DNA from: Octopus vulgaris
Lineage: Eukaryota
Assembly (NCBI GenBank): GCA_951406725.2
Contig: OX597816.1
Location: 100,378,001-100,442,000, forward strand
Direction: 5' to 3'
Length of the DNA: 64,000 nt
The notes beneath the pieces were generated by a model. It did no database searches and was not told the origin of the DNA. It saw only the letters and a program-made list of their open reading frames with translations. Positions 39,001-50,930 of this stretch are shown piece by piece. Positions within the stretch are counted from its first letter, which is position 1. Each line of letters starts with the position of its first letter. The position numbers and the translations under genes were made by a program.

Positions 39001-40586
39001 CAAAATGAAGCAAATAGTAACGTTCAGTATTATAATTTTAAAAAATGAATTAGAATATATGGAATCACTCAATAAATATTTCATTACATTTACTTATTTT
39101 TCTAACTTCAGAACTGTAACATTTAGCAACTGAAGTTTCAGTATCAGAAAGAAAATAAAACTTGAGAGTCTGTAGTATGAATTTTCCCATCATTACATTA
39201 CTCCCATCATCGTTGTCACTACTGTTCATCTCCCTGGTGCAGCCTACCAGCTGACCAGTTTTCAGTCAAACCATCCAACCCATGCCAGCATGGAAGGTGG
39301 ATGTTAAACAATGATGATAATGATAATGAAAATAACTTTAAAAAAGAATACTAAAACTAAAATTTGCGACCAAAATCTCAACATTGTTAAATGAATGTTT
39401 GAAGTGATTAAATTACTTTGGTTCCCAAATAAATGTTATTACAAAAATACTTCATTGTATTAAAAAACTTTCTAACTCTGAAAGTTTTCATTTTGTACCA
39501 TAAGTTTAGAAATGATATAAATCTTTATTTCATGTTGCAGTATATTTTTAGTGGCACTAATCTATTTCTGTCACATGTTCCTTGTTTGTAATAAAGAATT
39601 TTTTCTCATGTCAACTTGTTTTCTTTTAAGAGAAATTTTTCTTAAACAGATTTGTTTCTTTGTTTCTATTCACTTTTGCTTTGTTTAAATATCTATTTTC
39701 TGTGGACAATTATTAGATTTTTTAATATCATTACTTTGATACTTAAAGTTATCATATCTTCTATGGTATCATTTATTATTAAATATCATTTAAACAATAA
39801 ACAATAGTTACCACTTATTACATATCTTTTAAGAATATGTTAGTCTATTTTAGAATTTAGCTTTGATCCATTATTTCATTATTGTTCATTTCTTGTTTTA
39901 TTCAAAATGAAGGCTTAAATTTCACATTAAACAATAGAGTACAAATTCTATAGAAATTAAAATGAGTTTGAGGATTTTTTTTCTAAATATGTATTCTCTG
40001 ATTGTATCAAGAGGTTATGACTGAATCATTTTAATATATTATGCTAAGATCTTTTGACATAAAAATAAGATTTGGTGTCAAGTATATGCTTTCCCATTAA
40101 TGAAATATGTCAAAAGATAACCTAATTGTTTTACATTATTTCTTTCAAATATTTATAAATATAAATTTATTTTCTATTGAAGATGATTTAGTTAATTATA
40201 ACGTAGCCTTTCTATATAAGGAAGTCAAAACATATGAAATAGAAAAATGCAGCTTAAGTTTTCTAAAAGTGAATTGTGTTTTATGTGTTTATGCATATGT
40301 GTGTGATCATGCACGTGTGTGTGGAACATGATAAAATAATGATAGATAGATAGATCGATAGAGAAAGAGAGAGAGACTGATATGCACATTTTAATTTTTA
40401 CACTACCTATTTGTGGCTAAAATATTGAGATTCTTTCAAAACCTACAACTACCATATACCCAATACAAGTATTGCATAAGTGTGAAATATATAATGAATT
40501 TACAGTTCCAATATTTTATTTAAATTATTGTTGCTATAATTGTTTACTGACAATTTTCTTTTTCTTTTTTCTTTTCCCTTTTACAG

Positions 40587-41847
40587 CAGAGGCCACAGGC
40601 AAAGTTCTCATCAGTTTCCTCTCCAAATTCACCTGTTGCTCAGTCACGACGAGTAATTTCTTCTCCATTGACCCTGGCCTCCGATGTTAATGCACAAGGC
40701 TATGCTTCTGATTCTGATGTTGTGGACTCACATGACTCCCAGTGCTGCCCTCCTTCCTCCTCCGACGTAGGTGTTCTCAATGAGGCTGCGACCATGCCCA
40801 GGATGAAGCACCGCGAGGTGCATGATTCACGTTCACTTCATCGGCCTGCACTATCAAAGCCTGCATCTGATGTGTCAGTTTATGATAATGTATCATCGTC
40901 TCCTGCCCGTCGATCATTGGCTGAAACTGATAGTGCATCCCACACAATGCGACGATCTGATTCGCCAGCTTCCATGTCCAAACTCACTGAAAGCACGGCA
41001 AATGAAGAAAGCAAGGAACGACCCAATTTGGTTACTCTTTCGGAATCCCCCAAGAAAGGGAGTAGTCATTCTGAACCAGAAACTCCGGAAACATGTACAA
41101 CTTTTGGACGGGATTTAGCTTGCTCGCCAAAAGATAATAAAATGGTGGAAACAGTCAAGATGGAAACGGCGTTTGTCGGGGATATTTTCAAAAATCAATC
41201 ACCTTCATCCAATTCCAGAGGGGGTGCGGGGTATTCGGCCCCTGCAGCTTCAAGTTCTAGTTCTGCTGTAAGGGCTTCAGCTCCAGCGTCTGGTGGAAAA
41301 GGACATGGACGTACCCACCCATCTACGTCCGAATCCCCAGAGTCGGAGTGGCCATCCCCACCTGAGCCTCTGACCCCGCAGACGCCCAACGTCCCCTTTG
41401 ACAATATAGACTTTGACAGTGATTCGCTGAGGCGGATGCTTCGATCACTCCCAGTGTCCCCTATTGAAAAGGAAGACAACGATCAAGGGTTCCATGAAGA
41501 TCCCTATATAGATAATAGAGGACAAACACACCACCGACGTTATCCTTCGGTGTCAAGAACAAAGAGTCTTAACAGTTATGATCGGGGTGGTTCTTCAAAG
41601 CCATCGGTGCCGCACCAACCATATTCTGTTGGGTACCCTTGCAGAGATGACTCATTTGTATCAATGCTCAAGAACACAGATCTGCCAAAATCTAAACAGG
41701 CAAAAATGCTTGTGGAATACGAACTTCATTTACGAAACAAGTGTGCCCGTGACAGTTATCCAGATAGTGGTATTGGAGGGGTTGCATCAGAAACTACTGG
41801 TTCATTATGGTCAGGGGATAGCAGCAAATCAGCTGGAGCAAACAAAG
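40587..41847 (+). CDS. Large (1261 bp) internal coding exon encoding a Ser/Pro-rich, probably disordered region of an unidentified protein
   Basis: Long polypyrimidine tract plus TTACAG|CAG acceptor; open frame QRPQAKFSSVSSPNSP...KSAGANK; donor AAG|GTAAGC (phase 1). GC and CpG content visibly higher than the flanks; no transposon motifs. Confidence 0.9.
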
Positions 41848-42699
41848 GTAAGCACATTGCTTTTACTTTATTCTATTTTGAGACAAAAATCCAGAAAATC
41901 AACTTTTAAAATACCTCGATTTCTTTTAAATGTCTAAACAGATTTTTGATGATTTGTTAGGTTATAATTTTTCAGCTTATTGACTTCATCTGTAGAATGA
42001 AATTTTTCTTTTAAATTTAGATCTATACTACATTTCAACCACAAAACATTGCAATTTCTTTAAGCACTCTTATTTTCAGATTATCCTATTCACATTACAC
42101 TGTCTTTGATGATTATTGCAATTTCTTTGTCAAAAATTTAACTAAAATCATGAAATTTGCAAACATTTGTAATGAGGCAGTATGGCCAAATGGGTTAAAA
42201 GTTTCTTTCACAATCATGAAGTCCCAATATCGTGGAAAACTGTCTTTCAGCATAATTTCAGGGTGAGCCAAACATTGTGTTTAAAATGGATAAAAACAAA
42301 CTGTGTGGAAGTCTGTCAGTTAAATTATACCTTTTCAGTTATTATTTGTATATTCTTTGTGTCAAATATAATATCTTTCCTCCTCTTCAATTTATTTCTG
42401 TTTTAAAAGTAAACTTAGCTTATATTTTATTTTAACTATAGATTATGTCTTGTTATATTAGTCTTGGATTTCAGTTTGCTTTTCATCCTCTATAGGTTGA
42501 TTAATAAAGTAACAGTGGAGTGCTGAGGTTGATTCTTCTTTTCCATTCCCCTCTCACTCTCTGAATTACACACACACACAGATGCATTATGATAAGAAAT
42601 TGTGCATGTGCTCTTGAGAAGCTTTCTTACAAGATTATTCTATATATCTGTCTTCAGCTTCAATTACTTTTTCAAAGCAGAACCAGAATCATTGAGATA

Positions 42700-43500
42700 C
42701 CTGCACTAAATGGTATTTATTTATTTCAGGCATCACTTGCATAATGGCAGCCTTCAGTAAAATTATGGTATTATGAGGATATCAGTTAGTCCCCCTTTCA
42801 ATATTGTTCCAAATGTAGTAATCCAAGGGATTTAAATCTGGCAACTTTGGAGGACACAAGTTTAGTGTTACATTATCATAAAGATTGTCTGACATCCATT
42901 CTTGAGATATGTGGTTTTTATGAAAAGGTGCTGAGTTTTGTTGAAGTACATATATGGCCTACCACTGCATATTTCATCCATCCTGGGATTAACAACTGTC
43001 TTCAGTACTTCAACATATCCCTCAGTATTAATTCTAAGACTGGTGGAAAGATGTGAGGTGACATGACCTCACCACTCCTAAAACTATCACAATTGATGGA
43101 AACTTAGTGTGCATTACTCTGGAGATATCTGAAGGATCTGCCTGTAACCATCTATCATTTATCCTGTTAGATTTTTGGTCTTAATTGAAGCTTTTCTCAT
43201 TAGAGAAGAACTAATGTGTCATGTTCATGAGCATTTTTATCTTAAGTAACCGCTTGGCATAGATCAAACAGTTTTCCCATGTCTTTTCAGATATTAATTG
43301 GTCTCTTCTCAGCACATAAGCCTTGTACTGAATATCCTTAAGTACTGCAGTTCTAATAGTCTACTGCAACACATGAACCTCTTTGGCGATGGCAGCCATT
43401 GATTTTTCAGGAATTCCTACCAGTAATGTTTTGAGCCTGTTGATTTGAAGGGTGTAATATACTGATAATTAAGTGGATACAGATAATGTTCACATTTTGT
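42700..43500 (-). mobile_element. Older decayed maT/mariner-like transposase relic (different subfamily)
   Basis: Minus translation CPPKLPDLNPLDYYIWNNIERGTN*YPHNTIILLKAAIMQV at ~42735-42860. Confidence 0.7.
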
Positions 43501-43791
43501 ATATATTATTAGTTATATGTCCATTAGTCAGAAATAAAAGCACACACGATATAAATATTAGAGTGGATATATTTTCATTTCATCATGACATATTTTAGTC
43601 TTTATAACAGTCAAAAGTAAAAGAAAACTGAATATAAAGTAAATGAAAGAATATTGTTTTGTGACAATGGTTAGCACATAACCAGCAGAAACATTCTGAT
43701 CAGTCACATACCAAAACCAATAGTATATTGTTTGATGTCTGATCTCTCTCTCTCTCTCTCACGCGCGCACACACACACACATACACACACA

Positions 43792-44617
43792 CAGGGTGCA
43801 GTGGGTAAATTGTTGCCATTTTATATTTTTAATTTTACACATTGTTTTTGATTTTGTTGACTGCACAATGTAGTAGGGTCAATTGGGCATTGTCTGTGAG
43901 AAAAACAGCACCACAATGCAATTCACTCTGCCAGAAATTTCAGAACAGCATGCTGAACTTTTTGGCATTCATGCCAGAAGCTCCAATATGAACATTTCAC
44001 AGTGTATGAGTGTCAATCTGAAGACCATGCAATCTCAGGACATGTACCGTGAGTAATAAAACTCAAAATCCAGTCATCATCATGCTGTTTGGAATGATCA
44101 CCAGTGATGGTGATGTTATGCCTCTATTCATCTTCCCACACAGTCTCAGATTCAACACGGAGACCTACATGTAGTGCCTGGAGGAGGTAGTGCTGCCCTG
44201 GGTCAAGAGGGTGGCTGCTGAAAGACCCTATGTCTGGCAACAGGACTCTGCACCATGCCACACAAGCAGGAGAACCCAGTCATGGCTGTTAGACAATTTC
44301 TGCAACCACATCACCCCTAACATCTAGCCACCTAATTCCCCAGACTGCAACCCCCTTGATTATTATGTGTAAGATAAACTGAAGGCAAGGCTTATGGCAA
44401 CATTCACCAAATTAAACAAGGAGACAATCCAGAAGAGTTGCTGGAGATTCCGAAGTCATCTGGAGGCTGTGGTTGAAGCCAATGGTAATTTTATGGAGTA
44501 AATTTACTCTTCAGTATTTCAGTTATGTAATCTTGGTAAACATATCTGTTAAAATGAGATGTCATTGTTATTTTCATTTTTGTGTAATTTAGGTGACAGT
44601 TTATTCATAACACTCTG
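43792..44617 (+). mobile_element. Internally deleted maT (DD37D) transposon, same family as 30588-31460, opposite orientation
   Basis: TIR cagggtgcagtgggtaaattg and end cactctg|TA. QQDSAPCHTSRRTQSWLLDNFCNHITPNI*PPNSPDCNPLDYY gives 37 residues between the 2nd and 3rd catalytic D. Confidence 0.92.
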
Positions 44618-44987
44618 TATATTGAATTAAAAGCAACTCTAGGAATGTAAATATTATTGGTTGCCCATACATCATGTATGTGTTTTGTTTATATGTCAAA
44701 CTTTATGCAAAATAGCATCTAGAGAAAGCTCACTACATGACACTGAGTATTAAAAAAATACCAAATGCCCCAGACCAAGTGATACAACTCACACTGAATG
44801 ACCAAGAATGGTAAATACTAATATTTTGCCATTGTTGTCACTTATCAATACCATGTACTCAGATCATCTCAAAATGAAAGAAATCACTGGTCTGGAACTT
44901 ACATGAAAATAGAGTGAAGTCTATTTGCTAATGTGCTGTGGCATAACACATGTAAAATAAAATGAAATTATGAATTAAAAGCAAAAA

Positions 44988-45973
44988 AAGCCAGTATGCT
45001 TCGCTGGATAAGCAATGTCAGTGTGCATTTTCGACAGAGTGTGAGCATCTTGAGAGTAAAGTTAAACATAAGAGGTATCAGATATGGTGTGCAAGAGAGA
45101 CAACTGCACTTGTATGGTTATGTGATGCATATGGATGAAGACAGTTGTGTAAAGAAGTGCTAATCTCTAACTGTGGATAGGACCTGTGGTAGAGGTAGAC
45201 CCAAGAAGACATGGGATCCACTGGTGAAGCATGGCCTTCAAACTTTGAACCTCACAGAGGCAATGACTAGTGACTGAGATCTTTGGTGGTGTGCTCTGTT
45301 TAAGAGGACCCATCAAGCCAGGTGCATCTGTGCTAGTGGCACGTAAAAAAAATCAACCTCTGAATATTGGGCCTCACCAAGGCAAAGTGGCTGAGTACCC
45401 TTCGAGTGTTGGGCCTGATGGTTCTTTTTGAGCATGGTCTCATGGAGGTGAGATGGCTGTGTTCTTTTTGAGTGGGCCTCATGGAGGTGAGGTGGCTGAG
45501 TTCCTTTCAAGCAGACCTCATGGAGGTGAGGTAGCTGAGTTCCTTTCAAGCAGACCTCATGAAGGTGAGGTGGCTGATTTCCTTTTGAATAGGCCTCACA
45601 GAGGCAAGGTGGCTGAGTTCCATTTGAGGATTGAGCCTCATGAAGGCAAAATGGCTGAGCTCCTTTTGAGTGTTGGGCTTCACAGAGGCAATGACCAAGA
45701 CCTTTGACCTTATGTCATACTTAAGAAGAAGACTCATCAAGCCATGCAAAATTGCAGTCATGGCAGATACTGGTGTCACACAAATGGCACCTGTGCTGGT
45801 GGCACGTAAAAGCACCCATTATTCCCTCGAAGTGGTTGGTGTAAGGAAGGGTATCCAACTGTAGAAAACCCTGCCAAATCAGACTGGATCCTGGCACAGT
45901 CTTGCCAGCATATCAACTCAGTGAAACCGTCCAACCCATGCCAGCATAGACAATGGACATTAAATGATGATGA
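44988..45973 (+). mobile_element. RTE LINE 3' end with ~39-41-bp tandem array and (GAT)n tail
   Basis: ASMLRWISNVSV...GRGRPKKTW; repeated ggcctcatggaggtgaggtggctgagttcctt; ends ggacattaaatgatgatg. Confidence 0.88.
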
Positions 45974-45999
45974 TATATGTATTATTATTATTGTTCATT

Positions 46000-46140
46000 A
46001 TTTACATTTGACGGATATTTGTCCTCCCCAAGACACCTGATGAAGGCTGGAGGATATAATCAGCCAAAACATTGTTAACAACAAATACCATGTAACTGTA
46101 AATAATGTAAATAATGTCTCATCTCTTAAATATAGAACTG
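46000..46140 (+). mobile_element. Penelope-type terminal-repeat remnant with a degenerate minimal hammerhead-like motif
   Basis: acac-CTGATGA-a-ggctg(loop)cagcc-AAAAC-attgt at 46033-46075. Confidence 0.55.
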
Positions 46141-46374
46141 CATTATTATTGTTGTTGTTGTTATTCTTTTTATTATTATTATAATTATTGTTGTTTTTGC
46201 TGTTGTTTACTCTTAATCTGCATATTTGCTGCAATCACTTAGGGCAAGTGAAGGATAAGAGGTGTTACAGTATGACTGAAGGCTTAGGGAGGGGAAAAGG
46301 CAGGGGCAGTAGCGAAGTAACTCATTGTAATACAACACAGACATTTAAATTGATAAGGTTTTTCTAAGGACATG

Positions 46375-48170
46375 GGCAGATATTGTCAGCACAATCTTTT
46401 GGATTTCTCTAAGACATGATTCTCCTGGGATGTTGTCTAGATGTTTCTGATATCATTTTTTATCATACCTAGGCACCTACAATAACAGGAATAGTTCTTG
46501 CTTTAAAATGCCACATCTTTTGTATTTCAATTTCCAGGTCCTAATATGTTGTTTTGCAAACAACTTGCACAATCAAGTGCTACCAGTTGAGAGCTCCACA
46601 TACCAGAAGCCAGCAAGTGTATGAGGTCATCAGGAGAGAATGCATGCTGTTTCAGGGCCTACCTCTCAATAGCATCAATGCACACTCGCCCCCTCACTGA
46701 TATGAGGCCCTGGTTATCGAATAAAGCTCAATATTCTTCTAGCCTTCACTCATCATCTCTTTTTAACCAAATCCAGTGGCTAGCCTTTTCCACTGTAGTT
46801 TAGACATCGGTCATGGGGGTATTTACTTTACAATGAGTTCGGCCTAATGATAACACTGTGTCCAACAAGTCCTCTACATTTGACTTCATTTGGAAAATTC
46901 TCTGCTTTCCAGCTTGCATTTTCACATGAGATGCCATCACCTCCTGGGGCATTCTTTTCTCTAGCTTTTCTCATGAAATCATTCACCTCTTTCTTACTGA
47001 TGTCACCAATTTGAAATTCAATATCAGGTTCTAAGAGATGCTTTAGCCCATTTAGAGGTGGCAGTGGCTGGTTATGGTGTAGATCCACACTTTCCTTTCA
47101 CTAACTGGATATTATCTTTCACTCCAAAAAATTCCTTTCCTGTATCACATATTGAGCTTGTTAACTTTCCCAGTTTCTCCACTGTAGATCCTGTCATTCT
47201 ATAAAGAGCTCGACATAACTTCTTTTCAAACTCTTTATATTTTCCTTTGTCATTAGCAGCAGGCCTCAGAACCCTCGGTTTCCTCCGAGTACTCTCTGAT
47301 GCACCAGTTTCAAAACCTGCAGTTTCCTGTTGGGAAGAGGTCTTTGCTGTAGCATTTATTGATCTGCTGTGGTTTGAATCCAGGGATGATTTGCCATGTG
47401 TTTTACAATCAGATAATCCCCACTGCTCGGTCCTCCTCTTACTAGTCTTACCCTGATGTATCTTCAAGCCTCAGCACTGCTGTATTTACTAATCAAATAA
47501 TTTGTCAAATTCCTTTACAGATATATTTTTATCATCGGGAACAGTTATATCTATTAGTCTACAAGTATTTTCTTCTGTGTCTTTAATAATTATGTCTGGT
47601 CAATTAGCTTGGCTCATTCTGTTGGTATTGACTGGAAAATCCTAGAGGACAGTGATATTTTTATCTTCATGACTGGTTCAGGATGATGTTCATACAAGTA
47701 AGCTGATTTTGTAGTGTTTACATATTTTCCAATGTAAATACTGTCCTACCCTTTTGTGGCGATTTTTGTATTCATTCAGTGTCAGCCCAGGGCATCCCAA
47801 AACGAGGTGGTCCATTGTTTCATCAAATGTATCACAGAATCTGCATTTTAGATTACTACCATTTTGAAGAACATTAGCCTAGTAGTTTCTAGTTAGGAAG
47901 CATTGATCTTATGCTGCCAATATGAAACCTTCATTTTCTGCTTTCAGTCCTGAACTTCTCATTCACTGATAGGTTGTTACTTGGTTCACATCAGCATTTT
48001 GACTTTGAAGAATATACTGTCCATGCAGGAGCTTCTGGCTCTACCTTTTCTCAATTTGTTTCTGTCTGTTCTTTTTTGCAGTCTGCTTGATTCATGTTGA
48101 TTGCTTGGTGACAATGGTTTCTGGTTCTTCATCTAATTCAGGCTTAATGCCAAATTCTCTTGAATTTACA
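46375..48170 (-). mobile_element. R4/Dong-like RLE non-LTR retrotransposon 3' part, split by a nested insertion
   Basis: CRFCDTFDETMDHLVLGCP (CCHC knuckle), RHKRVGQYLHWKICKHY, AN*PDIIIKD...IDITVPDDKNISVKEFDKL; continues below 46547 as Y*DLEIEIQKMWH...TIPVIVGA. Confidence 0.88.
46548..47483 (-). mobile_element. Internally deleted HERO/NeSL-like non-LTR element nested in the R4-like element
   Basis: GLKIHQGKT, RPAANDK...GSTVEKLGKL, KEVNDFMRKAREKNAPGGDGI, then a jump to CRGLVGHS and EKASHWIWLKRD, followed by a 3' UTR. Confidence 0.75.
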
Positions 48171-48171
48171 A

Positions 48172-48360
48172 GCTTCTTAGGCAAAATGCTTAGCAGCATT
48201 TCTTCTGTCTCATGCTTTGAGTTCAAATTCTGCCGAGGTCAACTTTGCCTTTCATCCTTTCAGGGTCAATAAAATAAGTACGAGTCAAGCACTGGGGTCA
48301 ATGCAATTGACTTACCCACTCCCCAAAATTATTGGCCTTGTGCTAAAATGTGAAATTATT
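48172..48360 (+). mobile_element. SINE, same family as 2208-2360
   Basis: gagttcaaattctgccgaggtcaactttgcctttcatcctttcagggtcaataaaataagtac. Confidence 0.85.
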
Positions 48361-50334
48361 ATTTAAAACAGTTTGATTTGACCCCATGTGACTTAAAGTT
48401 TCATAGGCTTCTTACAACAAGCTAGCTCATCAAGCTCAGTCAACATATATGTGTGTGTGTATTTCCCAGCCAATAATTATAAAAATGAAGCCATAATGAT
48501 ATCACCTGCCTCACTAGCTTTTATATTTATTCATATTTGATCACCTCTGCTAAGATGTTGCTCCACAGTAATACCTTTATCAAGACTGATTGATTAACTC
48601 CATAGTATGTTATTTCTAAGCCTACCTCTATAGAATATCATCTGAATATTCACACATATCTTGATTTTATCACAACACCCAACTCTTGTTAAAGAAGCTC
48701 TGATGTCTTTGGTTTTATTTAAAATCTCATAACAGTTATATTAACCTTGTAGTTGATGCAAGGTATATTATAGTACTAATTGGTAGAACCTGATTATACA
48801 TCAAAATAAATTTAAGATGTAAGTGGTCTCACATCAACCAAATTTCTTATAAACATAACAAAGTTTAGAATATCCCAACCTTAATAGACTAAATTTGATC
48901 AGAATTAATGTGTGCAATAAAAAATTGAGGATAGTGTTGCTTTTGGAGAAACAAATAGGCTGACATAAACAGTTTGTATTACATTGAGTAAAAGTGGAAT
49001 CTTTATTTCTTAATTCAAGTACCTAATCATACAAAGGTAATGATGACAGGAAAATAGGTGAAGTACTGAATCCCCTTTAAATCCAAAGTGAATCTGGTTT
49101 CTTTCATCTTTTTGACACTAAGCTATTTGATTTTGACTTTTGGCTTCCTTTGCAAGAAAGTTTTTAAAATGTACTCTTAAGACAACTTATCTTGAGAGTT
49201 AACCATGTATTGAAATGTCACTTAATACTTGGAACAATGTAAAAATTATTTCAGAAGACCTATAAAATAAAAGGGGGAATAAAATAAATAGGAAAGCTGG
49301 CAAAACAGACTAACTAACTGACAAATGTAAAGTGTTAAATATATGTTGGAGGAGATGGGAATGAACTGGATAGATTCAATTCAATGATGGCAAGAATGAG
49401 TTGAACAGTTACTCCAGTTGTGAAGTGTCAGCAAGAGATATAAAAGCAGTTAATTTCTATGAAACAGGCTCTTGAACTGTCAGATAATGTAGCAGAATAG
49501 CAAAATCCTACAGCTTGCAGTGAAAGTAATCAACACACAAATAAAGAAACAAAATCGACCAAGTTATCAAAGCTTTGTGAATAATGATTATACATGAAAA
49601 CTTGTTATTTTTTTGTTGTCAGAAGAGTTGTGGTTGGTGTGTGTGTGTGTGTGTGCATGCTTGTATTTGTGTTTGCATGTGCATGTATGCAGCTAGGGAA
49701 AAAATATTTTTAAAGAAGTGAAGAAAGTAAAGTATGTAGATGAATGCTTAATTATAATTTTTATTTGATACATAAAGCAGTGATGAAAAGCATAAGTGTT
49801 TGTAGATCAAATTGATAAAAATAATAACATAGAGAGGTTGAAAGCAATAATAAGCCCAATGTATCTTCATTTGGAGTTTATTGGCTTAGTTTGTACTGCT
49901 AATATCTCCATCGTGACATGATAATTTACTCACTCAAGATAGTTCTTCAATGAAAGAAACAATTTTACCAATAATCTAAGTAGTATTAAAACTAAATCCA
50001 AACATGTTTAAGTACACACTCGTTATAATGACCAAAAATTATAGAAATAAATATAATATATAAGACAGCTATTTCTTGCAGTTATTCTTGCTGATTGGAG
50101 TAGGACACAAATGTAATTCTTAGTGTGCACATCACATTTTGCCACATACAAAAATATAACACGATAAATATTAGCATATTAAAAATTTCCAATACATACA
50201 TTTTTCTCTCAGCTGATACTATATATATGTGCATTCATACATACTCATAAAAATACATATATAATGTCCTTGATTCTTTAAAATAATTAATTATTATACC
50301 ATTGCCTAAACAGTCAGTTGTAATGATTATTCTC

Positions 50335-50930
50335 CTGAACTCATCTCCTGCATAATGAAATAATTTTGGAGAACATTCCTGATGTGCATAAGAACCAGTG
50401 TTTGCCACCACTAGTCTGTCTTTTATGCAAATAGTTCCATGGAAGATGCAATGTCGACTGCACTATGATACCTGCAAAGAACAGATATCAAAGTGCTGTT
50501 TTCTGACTTTAGCCCTTCATTCAACACTATCATAACTATCTTGTTGGCTCTGGAGTTTCAAGATCCAAATTTGAGTTTTTCATCTCCCTATCTGTTACTT
50601 TTAGCATCGGTGTGTCAAAGAGACACGTACTGCCCCCACCTCTTTTTGGAGTCATGTAAAAAGTGCTGAGCCATTCATTTTACTGCTCTAAAAACTATAA
50701 AGTGTGAAGGTAACACCAGTATAATAGTTTTGATAAATGGCTTGTAAAGAATCAGTACAGAGATAGAGATATTGACTAATGAAATATACCTGGCATTCGA
50801 TTCCATAACAGTGGTTCTCATTTTATGACTATATATGTTCAAAATTCTACAACAACTTCACATTTATATGAATGATAGTAATGGCAAAGGAGTTCCCAGA
50901 TTCAGACTCCTTGACATCCTGATTATTTCT
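50335..50930 (+). mobile_element. Decayed Rex1/L2-like LINE RT
   Basis: YANSSMEDAMSTAL*YLQRTDIKVLFSDFSPSFNTII and FSIGVSKRHVLPPPLF (cf. LFIDFSSAFNTI and TGAPQGCVLSPLLF). Confidence 0.6.

Noticed and set aside
40668-41909. 413-aa single-exon gene as given in the ORF track
   Set aside because: It starts at TTG and reads through a consensus donor. The frame is open from the acceptor at 40587, so it is better explained as an internal exon.
46621-46670. GAAAC and CTGATGA close together on the minus strand in the HERO-like 3' UTR
   Set aside because: The bases flanking the two boxes do not form hammerhead stems I-III in any permutation I could draw.
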